Assembly: GCA_021846365.1 (NCBI GenBank)
Contig: JAJZXC010000001.1
Span: 1 to 39,044 of the forward strand
Reading direction: 5' to 3'
Length of the DNA: 39,044 bases
Origin: Bacillota bacterium
GTDB lineage: Bacteria; Bacillota; Sulfobacillia; Sulfobacillales; Sulfobacillaceae
A program made the position numbers and the translations under genes. Numbering within the stretch: position 1 is the stretch's first letter; each line of letters begins with the position of its first letter. The notes under the pieces are model-generated. The model was not told where the DNA came from. It searched no databases and was given only the letters and a program-made list of their open reading frames with translations. Positions 29,344 through 38,744 of this stretch are shown here, piece after piece.

Positions 29344-29928
29344 CTAACGCCAGGAGCGGAGCACCACGGGCGAGCGAAAGGTAACGTGCTTTATTCCCAC
29401 GCCGTATTGATAGACCATGGTTCCACCCAGGGAGGCGGTGGTGGTAATCATAGCCACACTAGCCACCAGCAACACCGTGGCCAGCCAGGACGCCTTGCCC
29501 CGCCGGCTGCCGGCGAACGACCAGCCCTCGCTATGGCGACTGTAGCCCCGGCGGGGATAGCGGGCGTAAAGACGTGCCGCCAAGGTCAACATGACCAACC
29601 CCCCGGTGATTACGGCATCGCGCTGGTGGGCATACAACATGACCTTAGTCGTCGGTGTCCAGCGCACAAATTGCTCGGAAACCACCCCGGCGGCAGCCGT
29701 ACACACCCCTGCCACCAACCCCAACGCCAGCAGCCAAAAGCTGGCGCGATCAAAGAAATGGTCGGTCGAATGGATGGCCCGCGACAGCAGATCCGCCAGC
29801 AGGGCCAGATAAAGCAGCACAATCGGAAAATGCACAAGCATGGGATGGATGGTAGGAGGAAAGATGCGCTCTCCTAGGTGAATCCAACCTTGCAGCAGCG
29901 CGACATAAATCCCCCGAATCAAACCCAT
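29344..29928 (-). CDS. DUF2231-domain membrane protein
   Basis: HPMLVHFPIVLLYLALLADLL motif and 4-5 TM segments. The ATG at 29928 is preceded by GGGAGGA. Confidence 0.75.
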   Translation of the reverse strand: MGLIRGIYVALLQGWIHLGERIFPPTIHPMLVHFPIVLLYLALLADLLSRAIHSTDHFFDRASFWLLALGLVAGVCTAAAGVVSEQFVRWTPTTKVMLYAHQRDAVITGGLVMLTLAARLYARYPRRGYSRHSEGWSFAGSRRGKASWLATVLLVASVAMITTTASLGGTMVYQYGVGIKHVTFRSPVVLRSWR

Positions 29929-30098
29929 CGTATTCCTCCCCCGAGTGTTCTGGTCAACCGCCTCTTCCACCCATCCGAGGGGCGCCCCGCCTGGTTGGAA
30001 GCAGAGCGGTCATACATCCCTGGTCGTACTATCGAAAGAGCACGACCCCAGGAGTAGTTCACCAAAGTCCCTTAAGAAACGGCTAAGAATAGGGGGGC

Positions 30099-30533
30099 TC
30101 ACGACACTGCGGTTCCGTCCACTCCCCAGTGTTCCAACCGTTTATGCCCGTAATAGTCTAGCCAGGTCTGAAATGCCCGGCCACAAATCCGGCAGGTTCG
30201 GAATCGGCGCTGAGCAAAGACTGATTGGGCAAACTCTTCATCGTCTGGGTTGGTCAGCGCGCCGTTGACCCCGATCCGCAATAAGGCGCGGCCACGCCGA
30301 TACACGTCGTCGCTATATCCGTTGGCGTCGGTGACCCTGAGTTCGATGAACCGCTCCCGCTTGTCGTGCACGGCGAACACCGCGTGAAACGGAGATCGGG
30401 TCTGCCGCGACCAATCGACTTCCAAGTGGGTTTGCACCATCTCCGCCAAACTCGGCGAATATTCCGTGGATTCCACAATTTGATTGACGAAATTCCGCAG
30501 AGAATAGGTGAACAATTGACTTGCCATCATCCT
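30099..30533 (-). CDS. Hypothetical protein with C-terminal classical C2H2 zinc-finger motif
   Basis: C-terminal CRICGRAFQTWLDYYGHKRLEH fits C-x2-C-x12-H-x4-H, with the conserved Phe after the Cys pair. The start is uncertain: ATG at 30533/30530, and the ORF is open to a TTG at 30608. Confidence 0.5.
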   Translation of the reverse strand, partial: RMMASQLFTYSLRNFVNQIVESTEYSPSLAEMVQTHLEVDWSRQTRSPFHAVFAVHDKRERFIELRVTDANGYSDDVYRRGRALLRIGVNGALTNPDDEEFAQSVFAQRRFRTCRICGRAFQTWLDYYGHKRLEHWGVDGTAVS

Positions 30534-30742
30534 GCTCGGCGGACCGCTCCAACCCGGCCGCCTCCCTCCTCTCGGCACGTTCAAACGCTCCCAGCGATGA
30601 TGTACCAATGACCTTCCCGCACTCTATGGCTGGTAACATTGGAGTGTACCACGCTACGTCCTGAGGCGAAAGCGGCAATTACCGGAAACGGCTACCCTGG
30701 CGTCCCGTTCTTCCGTGCCCCGGTTTTGGGCCGAGGAATCAG

Positions 30743-31621
30743 CTAGAGGTCGTCGCCCATGGGGGTAGGGGTTACCCATCGATGCCAACGCACATCGTCG
30801 GTAACATTGTCTTCGTTCAACATTAAAAGCTGGTCCACGGTGACGGGAAACCGGGCCCAGCGCGGACCGAAAAAAGACGCCAAGCCCTCAAGCCAGGGCA
30901 GCGGCAAATGGTGTTTGGCGACCGGCCCCAGATGGCGAACGGTTGCCACCCGGTCAATAAGCTGGTCGAAGGTGAAGCGTTGCGGGCCGCCCATTTCCAA
31001 GGTGAGCCCGGCGCTGGCCGAGGGGTCATCCAACGCCGCTCGGATCATCGCGGCCACATCGCCGCGAAATACCGGGGCAAACGCGGTGTCCCCACGTCCG
31101 GGAATCATGGCTCCCAAGGGAGTGCGGGCAATCTGATAGAGGGTCTGAAAAAAGGGAGCCCCCCCGCCAAACAGCAGAGAAGGGCGCAAGATGGTCGCCT
31201 GCACGTAATCTTGCTCGCCAATCGCCTGCTCCGCCTGCCACTTGGTCCGGTGGTACAAGGAGGCTGCGTGGGGTCGGCTGCCCAGCGCCGACACGAAGAT
31301 TAGCCGCGGCACGTGATGGGTCCGCATGGCCGCTAATCCGCGGCGTGTCAACTCCACATGCACCCGCTCGAATGTTACCCCTGCCTGAGGAACTTCACGG
31401 ATGATGCCAATCAAATGAACCACCGCCTCGACGGCGCGGAACGCATCTTCCCACGCCTCGGACCCCGCATCCTCTAAGAAGGTAATATAACGGACGCCGA
31501 CCGCGGGCTGGTCGGGAGTTGACCGCCGGACCAAGGCGACAACCTCATGCCCTCCCCGCGCGAGTTCCTGCACGACAGCTCGGCCCAGATATCCGCTGGC
31601 TCCGGTCACTAGCACACGCAT
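30743..31621 (-). CDS. Atypical SDR / NAD(P)H-binding protein (NDUFA9/NmrA-like)
   Basis: The N-terminus carries the VTGASGYLG Rossmann motif, and YHRTK supplies the YxxxK motif. 292 aa. Confidence 0.8.
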   Translation of the reverse strand: MRVLVTGASGYLGRAVVQELARGGHEVVALVRRSTPDQPAVGVRYITFLEDAGSEAWEDAFRAVEAVVHLIGIIREVPQAGVTFERVHVELTRRGLAAMRTHHVPRLIFVSALGSRPHAASLYHRTKWQAEQAIGEQDYVQATILRPSLLFGGGAPFFQTLYQIARTPLGAMIPGRGDTAFAPVFRGDVAAMIRAALDDPSASAGLTLEMGGPQRFTFDQLIDRVATVRHLGPVAKHHLPLPWLEGLASFFGPRWARFPVTVDQLLMLNEDNVTDDVRWHRWVTPTPMGDDL

Positions 31622-31826
31622 GGCGAAGCCTCCTCAGCCGGTTGACATCGGCCAGTTTCCGTGGGGAGGGGCAGGCAAACGGCCCTCCAGCTACATTTGA
31701 CTCTCCTCACCAACTTCCGCCCATCGTCCAGCCAATGATCTCGCCGAACACTTCACTTCCTCTACCCACATGGTACGCATTGCAAAGGTCGTAGTCAACG
31801 ACCGGCCCGGCGGCCACCTACTCCGC

Positions 31827-32759
31827 CTAAAGCTTGCCCAGGGCACGCTTTTGCACATAGACCAGCATGCCTTGACTGTTGAGATCAATATCGAGGGCGA
31901 GTGGTGATAGGTCAACCGCCGGGTGTCCAAGCCGTTCGAGGTCGCCTCGAATGTAATCGACCAGACGTTCTTTCACTAGGCTGAGAGGGGAGGTTGGCGT
32001 CAGGTCGGCAATAATGGACCGCAAGCCTTCGATCCCCCGGTGTGTAAAACTAAATGCCTCGGCCGCGGGGGTGGTGGGGCCAAAGTGGGTATGGTAGACG
32101 GTGCGGGGCTTTAGCGCCTGGAGGCGGTCCAAGGTCCTCTCTACCACGTCCGGGTCGAAGTCCGACGGCGACGTGGTCGGCAGCCCGTAGACGAAGTCCC
32201 AACCGGTGAAGCGCGGAACAAAGCGCTCGCCTACCGTGTCCCCGCTAAACAGCCCCCCTCCCCTCGATTCCAGGATGCAGCAATGGTGCTTAGCGTGTCC
32301 CGGGGTATCAAGAAAGGTCAACCTGCGCGACCCCGTGGACACCGTACTGCCGTCCTCTTGGCTACGCACTCGTTTCACGGCCACGGGCCGAATCGGACCA
32401 AACAACGCGTCGATCCGCGCTCCGTAGACGGCCTCAGCTCCTGCCCGCAGACGCGCCGGATTCACCAGGTGGCGCACCGCCCGCGGATGGCAATGCAACA
32501 CGGCCTGCGGGGCGGCTTCCATCACGCTGCCGGCTCCTCCGGCGTGGTCTAGGTGCACATGGGTAATCACCACATGGGCGATATCCTCCAAGGTCATACC
32601 CAGGTCGGCCAGCCCCTGCACAATGTGGGGCAAGCTCCGGCTCGACCCGACGTCAACCAACGTCGGCTCATCATCGAGCAGAAGGTAGGTTCCAGCGCGT
32701 CCCGGTCGCCCCTCCTCCCACAAATCCAGGCAATGAATGCCGTCCGCCAGTTCCGTCAT
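31827..32759 (-). CDS. MBL-fold metallo-hydrolase
   Basis: ITHVHLDHAGG metal-binding motif. The ATG at 32759 is preceded by AAGGAGGGA. The ORF is open to 32798. Confidence 0.8.
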   Translation of the reverse strand: MTELADGIHCLDLWEEGRPGRAGTYLLLDDEPTLVDVGSSRSLPHIVQGLADLGMTLEDIAHVVITHVHLDHAGGAGSVMEAAPQAVLHCHPRAVRHLVNPARLRAGAEAVYGARIDALFGPIRPVAVKRVRSQEDGSTVSTGSRRLTFLDTPGHAKHHCCILESRGGGLFSGDTVGERFVPRFTGWDFVYGLPTTSPSDFDPDVVERTLDRLQALKPRTVYHTHFGPTTPAAEAFSFTHRGIEGLRSIIADLTPTSPLSLVKERLVDYIRGDLERLGHPAVDLSPLALDIDLNSQGMLVYVQKRALGKL

Positions 32760-32819
32760 CCTGACTCCATCCCTCCTTGTCCACCAAGTGGGCGCCATCT
32801 GCCCCGAGCGGTCGATGCC

Positions 32820-33992
32820 TCAGCGTGCATCGTCGCTGTGGTTCCATCCCGTACGCCGCTCCCATCCGGGCTCAAACAGCGGGATGAAGTTGGCCGGATG
32901 ATAGGGATGGCGCGAGAGTTCGGGAATAACCAGGTCTACTCCCAGACCCGGCGCGCTCGGCGGCCGCAGATAGCCGTCTTGCTGCGTCATCCACGCGGTG
33001 ACCAAATTCCGCTCCCAGTCGGCATTGAACTCGTCAAACAACTCATGGAGGTAAAAATTCGGCGAGGCCAAGTTAAGGTGCGCCGCCACCAAGGAACACA
33101 CCGGGCCCTGAGCACTGTGCGGCGCCGTCACCGCATGATGGGCGTGGGCCAGCCCCACCACGTCCAGCGATGCGGTGAGCCCGAGGAATTGCGGTTCCAG
33201 CTGGATGATATGAACCGCATCGTGCTGCAATAGCTCGGCAAACTGCTCGCGACAATAGTAATCTTCACCACAGGCGATAGGGACCGGAGAACGGCGGGCC
33301 ACCTCGACCATCGCCCCCACCCGGTGGGGCGGCACGGGCGTTTCGAACCAGGACGGCTGGTAGGGCGCCATGGCCTCGGCGAATTGGAGCGCGGTATGCA
33401 CCGTAAACCGGTTATGGCCCTCGATGAGCATATCTACGTCCGGTCCCACCGCTTCCCTGACCGCCCCGATGATATCCACGGCCAGGCGAAAATCCCTGCG
33501 TTCAACCGTGCGCCACGCACCGCCGAAAGGATCGAATTTGAGTGCGGTGTAGCCCTTGTCCACGGTGGCCTGGGCCTGACGCGCAAATGCCTCCGGGCTG
33601 CGGCCGGCGTCGGCTCGATACCACCCGTTGGCGTACACCCTGAGTCGCTCCCGCACTTGGCCGCCCAACAGTTGATACAGGGGGACGCCGAGCGCCTTGC
33701 CCTTGATGTCCCATAAGGCGGTCTCGATGGCGCTCAGCGCCGCCCCTTGAATTTGACCCCCGTCAGAATAGACATCGCGGGCCAAGACCAAGCTCAAACG
33801 CTGGGTGTCAAAGGGATCAGCGCCTTTCACCAAGGGGAAGAGTTCATGAATGGCGGCCTCCACGGTCTTGGCAAATCCGTTGAGGGTACCTTCCCCAATT
33901 CCGTAACTGGCTTCATTCGTGAACACTCGACAAAACACCCAGTTTTTCCATGGGTTTCCGACGATGTAGGTTTCGACCCGTTCAATCTTCAT
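32820..33992 (-). CDS. Enolase-superfamily dehydratase (mandelate racemase/muconate lactonizing family, galactonate-dehydratase-like)
   Basis: N-terminal capping domain MKIERVETYIVGNPWKNWVFCRVFT..YGIGEGT and barrel-domain metal ligands (LKFDPFG, IEGHNRF, GEDYY). Confidence 0.8.
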   Translation of the reverse strand: MKIERVETYIVGNPWKNWVFCRVFTNEASYGIGEGTLNGFAKTVEAAIHELFPLVKGADPFDTQRLSLVLARDVYSDGGQIQGAALSAIETALWDIKGKALGVPLYQLLGGQVRERLRVYANGWYRADAGRSPEAFARQAQATVDKGYTALKFDPFGGAWRTVERRDFRLAVDIIGAVREAVGPDVDMLIEGHNRFTVHTALQFAEAMAPYQPSWFETPVPPHRVGAMVEVARRSPVPIACGEDYYCREQFAELLQHDAVHIIQLEPQFLGLTASLDVVGLAHAHHAVTAPHSAQGPVCSLVAAHLNLASPNFYLHELFDEFNADWERNLVTAWMTQQDGYLRPPSAPGLGVDLVIPELSRHPYHPANFIPLFEPGWERRTGWNHSDDAR

Positions 33993-34923
33993 GGCTCAGT
34001 GCCTCCCCCGTTCGCGGTTTGAGTTGTGGCAGAAACTCCCGCAAGAAACGATCAATGACCTGCTCATCGCGGGCGTCAAGTGTCCAGCGCGCCCCGCGGC
34101 AATATGCCGAGCGGATGATTCCACGCCGTCGTAAGATCTCTTTTTCCACGGCAATGATGTACTCGGGATGCTGCATCCACAGGGCCAGATAGGGCAGCAG
34201 ACGGGCGTAGAGCCGTCGGGCCGCCTCTTCTTCGCCCTCCGCGTAGTGCATCCAAATGGCTCTATATACCTCTACGAACCCAGACCCGGGCTGGATGGCC
34301 GAGGCTCCACGGGCGAGTGCATCGAGCATGTTGACTCCGGCGTAGCCGACCAGGGTTTGCAGTCGGGGCGCCACCTGGGCCAACCGAGCGATGAAGCTTC
34401 CGGGTGGTTGAACCTCAACTTTCACCCCGGCCAGCATCGGATGGGCGGCAGCCAACTCCAAAAAGAACTCCGGTTCGAGCTCCACTCCCGATTCGCGGGG
34501 GGCGTACTGGACTATCAGGGGCACGCTGGCCGCCTCTGCCAGGCGCGCCAAGTGCTCTTTGATTGCCGCGCGACTGGGCTTTAGGAAATGCGGCGGGAAA
34601 ACGTTGACGGCGTCAGCCCCTTGGGATTGGACCCGACGCAGCCAGGGCAGGGCAACCTCCCAGGTTTGGTCGGTCAACGAAACCATCTTCAGCATCGGGG
34701 TCGTCATCGGATACTCGAGAAAAATGCGCAGCGCTTTTTCGCGTTCTTGATCGGTCAACTTGTGAAACTCGCTGGCAATCCCGAACAGCAGGAGGCCGTC
34801 GGCCCCGCTTCGGCCCAGATGGGCCAACAGGGAACGAAAACCGGCTTCGTCGAAGTCTCCCTGGGGATAAAAGGGTGTGGCCACCACCGGGAAAATCCCC
34901 TTGAAGTTTGTCAGCGGCGTCAC
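33982..34923 (-). CDS. DHDPS/NAL-family class I aldolase (2-keto-3-deoxy-sugar-acid aldolase-like)
   Basis: N-terminal FKGIFPVVATPF, a GIASE (GxxGE-type) motif and the Schiff-base lysine context AGVKVE. The GTG start overlaps the stop of the upstream gene (GTGA). Confidence 0.75.
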   Translation of the reverse strand: MTPLTNFKGIFPVVATPFYPQGDFDEAGFRSLLAHLGRSGADGLLLFGIASEFHKLTDQEREKALRIFLEYPMTTPMLKMVSLTDQTWEVALPWLRRVQSQGADAVNVFPPHFLKPSRAAIKEHLARLAEAASVPLIVQYAPRESGVELEPEFFLELAAAHPMLAGVKVEVQPPGSFIARLAQVAPRLQTLVGYAGVNMLDALARGASAIQPGSGFVEVYRAIWMHYAEGEEEAARRLYARLLPYLALWMQHPEYIIAVEKEILRRRGIIRSAYCRGARWTLDARDEQVIDRFLREFLPQLKPRTGEALSHED

Positions 34924-37160
34924 TGAAGGCTGCCGCCTTCATCGGCTGGCCGAGCCTCCAAATGCCAGACCGCCACCTCAAAGTCGGAGCGATAGCTTCG
35001 GGAGAGTCCGAGCCCCATCAAGGCGTCCCCGCCCGCAACGTTGAGCACCCGCCACTGGCCGTCGTCCGACCACCGGGCGACGCGGTAGTCGCGGCGACAA
35101 TCCAGCCCGCGCAACAATAGCCAGTGCGCGGGACCGGCGGCCTCGGCCAGCCGATTCACCCAGATCACCAAGGCTTCGGCGCGGTCCGGGCCGACAAACA
35201 TCCAAGCCGCGGCGTTCTCCCCATGCGGATCGAGCAAGCGGTACAGGTCACCGAACTGCACCAACGGTCGGAACCGCTTGTACTCCCCAATTTGGCGCCG
35301 CACCTGGTCCTGTTCTGCCAGGCTCAGCCGGGTGACGTCCAGTTCATACCCGAAGCTGGCCGACATTGCCACCCAGCCGCGGGTGCCCATGGGTGTCCGC
35401 CGTCCCACCTGGTGGTTGGGCACCGCCGATACGTGTGCGGTCATCGCCGCCGCGGGATAGACAAGACTGGTGCCGTATTGTATTTTGAGTCGTTCTATGG
35501 CATCCGAATCGTCGCTGGCCCACGTTTGCGGCATGTAATAGAGCATCCCCGGATCAAAACGGCCGCCGCCCCCCGAACACCCTTCAAACAATACGTGAGG
35601 AAATTTCGTGGTAAGAGTTTCGAGCACCCGATACAAGCCCAACATGTAGCGGTGCGAAGTCTCGCCTTGGCGGTCGGCCGGCAACCCGGCCGACCCTACT
35701 TCGGTCATATGCCGATTCATGTCCCACTTGATATAATCCACTAGGCCGGTGGCCAGAATTTCGCTCATCCAGTCGATAATCCAGTCGCCCACCTCATCGC
35801 GTGACAAATCCAGCACCAGTTGGTGGCGCCCTTCCGACCGCGTGCGGTCGGGCACGGCCAGACACCAGTCGGGGTGCTGCCGGTAGAGGGCACTTTCCAC
35901 CGACACCATTTCCGGTTCCACCCAAAGGCCGAATCCCAACCCCAGCTCATGGACCCCCTCGGCCAGTCCGCTCAGGCCATGGGGAAGTTTGTCCCGATTC
36001 ACCGTCCAGTCGCCGAGTGCTCGCCGATCATCGTGACGATCGCCAAACCACCCATCGTCGAGGACCAGCATTTCCACCCCCAGGTCGGCGGCGGTGCGGG
36101 CCAATTCCAACAGCTTGGCCTCATCAAAGGCAAAATAGGTAGCCTCCCAGTTATTGAGCACAATGGGTCGCTCTCTGGTCTTCCAGTTGGTTTGCCCCAA
36201 ATGCCCACGATACAGGCGGTGAAAGGTTGCGGACATCTGGCCTAAGCCCCGGTCGGAAAAAACCAACACCGCTTCCGGAGTGGTAAAGCTCTCCCCGGGC
36301 AGGAGTTGCCACTGAAATTGAAACGGGTTAATTCCCATCGCCATGCGCGTGGTGCTGAATTGATCAACCTCCGCGCCGGCGAAAAAGTTCCCGCTATAGA
36401 TCAGATTCATCGCGTACACCGAGCCCTGAGTTTCGGTCGCAGCGGGCTCAACCAGGGCCAAGAACGGATTGGCCTGGTGGCTGGAGGTGCCGCGTCGGCT
36501 GGAAATGGCTTGCAGCCCGGCGCCCAAAGGCGTCCGCTGGAGATGGCGTTCACGCCCCCAGGCGCCCATCAGGCGAACCCACTGCCAGTCCGCCGAGGGA
36601 AAGTCAACACTTACCGACAGTGCCCGCTCCAAGCTGATCGGATCGCCGCCCCGGTTGAGCAAGCGAGCCGAACGGATCACGGCACTGAGGTCGGTAAACG
36701 CCGTGTAAAAGAGTTCCACCTCCAGCTGAGTTACCGTATCCACCAAGGTGATAATCAAGGTCTCGGCGTCTTGATCGGACCCGACCATCAATTGGGGGAG
36801 GCCAGTCTCAAGATGGGGCTTGCCCTTAACAAGTCGATAACGGGCAAAGTGGAGGTCGGTGACCGCACTGCCGTTGATTTGGCGTGCTTGATAGGCAGGC
36901 AGGCGATAATCTCCCCGTCCCCAGGTCGGATATTCTTGCGGCACAACATCGAGCGAAAAGTCCTCGCGACCCGCGATCACGTTGGGCGAAAACGCTCGCG
37001 GCCTTAGCAAGGTCCGCCGATCCAGCCCCGGCCGTGCCCGCAGTCGGGGCCCCCAATACCAATGCGCCAAATATCCCTCGGCTAACGCCTCAATCCGATA
37101 GCTGCTGCCGCCAGCGTCGAGTTGAAATTGGCGCCCGCTGGCGTCCACCCAAATTCCCAT
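34920..37160 (-). CDS. Alpha-galactosidase, GH36
   Basis: GH36 motifs GLGFGLWVEPEMV, YIKWDMNR and EGCSGGGGRFD. The ATG at 37160 (MGIWVD) follows AGAGGGGGA. The upstream extension to 37286 overlaps the CDF gene end. Confidence 0.88.
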   Translation of the reverse strand: MGIWVDASGRQFQLDAGGSSYRIEALAEGYLAHWYWGPRLRARPGLDRRTLLRPRAFSPNVIAGREDFSLDVVPQEYPTWGRGDYRLPAYQARQINGSAVTDLHFARYRLVKGKPHLETGLPQLMVGSDQDAETLIITLVDTVTQLEVELFYTAFTDLSAVIRSARLLNRGGDPISLERALSVSVDFPSADWQWVRLMGAWGRERHLQRTPLGAGLQAISSRRGTSSHQANPFLALVEPAATETQGSVYAMNLIYSGNFFAGAEVDQFSTTRMAMGINPFQFQWQLLPGESFTTPEAVLVFSDRGLGQMSATFHRLYRGHLGQTNWKTRERPIVLNNWEATYFAFDEAKLLELARTAADLGVEMLVLDDGWFGDRHDDRRALGDWTVNRDKLPHGLSGLAEGVHELGLGFGLWVEPEMVSVESALYRQHPDWCLAVPDRTRSEGRHQLVLDLSRDEVGDWIIDWMSEILATGLVDYIKWDMNRHMTEVGSAGLPADRQGETSHRYMLGLYRVLETLTTKFPHVLFEGCSGGGGRFDPGMLYYMPQTWASDDSDAIERLKIQYGTSLVYPAAAMTAHVSAVPNHQVGRRTPMGTRGWVAMSASFGYELDVTRLSLAEQDQVRRQIGEYKRFRPLVQFGDLYRLLDPHGENAAAWMFVGPDRAEALVIWVNRLAEAAGPAHWLLLRGLDCRRDYRVARWSDDGQWRVLNVAGGDALMGLGLSRSYRSDFEVAVWHLEARPADEGGSLQ

Positions 37161-37279
37161 GCTCTTGGTCCCCCTCTTGGTCGCTGCTGCCTCGGGCCTA
37201 TCATCCGCCCGCCAATGTCTATCCCATATTAACCAACCAGGCGCCGCCGATCGAGGGGCAATCGTTGGGGCCAACCGAC

Positions 37280-38152
37280 TTACCACCCCGGTTCCGGATG
37301 TGCTTCAGCTGAGGTTTCCAGTTGAATCGTGGTATGGTCAAATCCGAACCCGGCCAGGCAGTCGTGCAGATCGCAGAGCACCGTTTGAGCCGACGGCGGC
37401 AAAGCGGCGAGCTCGATATGGCACGCCAGCGCCCACTGCTGGCTGCCTACGGCCCACACGTGCAAGTCATGGACTCGGGCCACCCCCGGCACGGCCTGCA
37501 TCTTGGCCGCAATATCCGCCAGAGGCACCTTGGCGGGGGTGGCTTCGAGCAAAATTCGGAAGGTGTCTCGAATGATCGACCACGGCCCCCAGATCATCAG
37601 AAGAACAATCGCCAAGGTAACCACCGCATTAATCGGCCGCCAGCCGGTAGCGGCGAGAATGCTGGCCCCGACCAAAACCCCCAGCGAACCAGCGGCATCC
37701 GTCATCAGATGCCACCACGTACTGCGCCGATTAAGATCCTCAGATTCTCGAAAATTCCAAGCCAACACGCCATTGACCACCAGGGCCACGCCCGCTGCGA
37801 GCGCCATGATCTCGGCATTCGCCGCCGTCGGGTGGGACCACTGACGCACCGCCGCCCAGCCAAGTGCTCCCGCCAAGGCCCACAAGACCAGGGCGTTGAG
37901 CAGCCCGACTAAGATTTCGACCCGACCCCAGCCAAAGGTGAGTACATCCGTCGGGGGGCGATTCCGCTGACGGTCGGCATACCAAGCCAAACCCAAGGCG
38001 CCCACGTCACCCAGGGAATGCGCCGCGTCGGCGCCTAAGGCTAGGCTGTGGCCGGCCCAGGCGCCAAGCACCTTGAGCAGGACCAGGCTCGCCGTCGCGA
38101 TGAGGGCGGTAGCAAACCGGACGACATCCCTGGGTTCGCGCCCACCACTCAT
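37280..38152 (-). CDS. Cation diffusion facilitator (CzcD-like) metal efflux transporter
   Basis: Six TM segments with AAHSLGD and WHLMTD (H-x3-D) metal-site motifs and a C-terminal ferredoxin-like domain. The ATG at 38152 follows GGGGGA. The in-frame extension to 38452 has no CDF similarity. Confidence 0.85.
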   Translation of the reverse strand: MSGGREPRDVVRFATALIATASLVLLKVLGAWAGHSLALGADAAHSLGDVGALGLAWYADRQRNRPPTDVLTFGWGRVEILVGLLNALVLWALAGALGWAAVRQWSHPTAANAEIMALAAGVALVVNGVLAWNFRESEDLNRRSTWWHLMTDAAGSLGVLVGASILAATGWRPINAVVTLAIVLLMIWGPWSIIRDTFRILLEATPAKVPLADIAAKMQAVPGVARVHDLHVWAVGSQQWALACHIELAALPPSAQTVLCDLHDCLAGFGFDHTTIQLETSAEAHPEPGW

Positions 38153-38744
38153 CGAGGTCGTCCCCCGAACCCGCCAGCCGCCAAAGGATCCAGCACCGCC
38201 CAGAGAGACCGTATAGGCCCCTCCTTCCATCCCCCAGCGGACGTCAGGAATATCGCCACACGCTTTATGTTCAGAGCGCGGAGCCGCGCCAAGACGCATG
38301 TCCTCTGGCACCGGATTGACCCGGCCGGGACGCGCCAAAGCAACCCGGCCGCGGGATACAATCTTGGGCGCATGGAAAGTCACTCCTCCGATTGCTTTTT
38401 CGAAGTTTAGTATATGAGTCCATGCCCATATTGTCACAAGACTCGTTCCCAATGGACGAGGCGGGCAAGACGACGGGGGGGGTGGCAGGCAAGAAAGTGT
38501 GCGCTAGACTTGTCTGCAACATCTGCCGATGGGGCGCGTCTCCGCCTAGCCAGCTGACGCCATCGAGAGAGACCGGCACACCTCTCCCCCGCTTGACCAG
38601 TTGAGGCGCGCGGCTGGGTGAGCCCCGTCCCAGCCGCCAGGAATCGATCAGGCTGGACTGGGGTCAATGGTCGGCAGCGTAGTCACGGGCCACCGTCCAT
38701 CCGATCCGCAAGCCTAATTGGTCGGAAATTGAAGCCATTAGACG

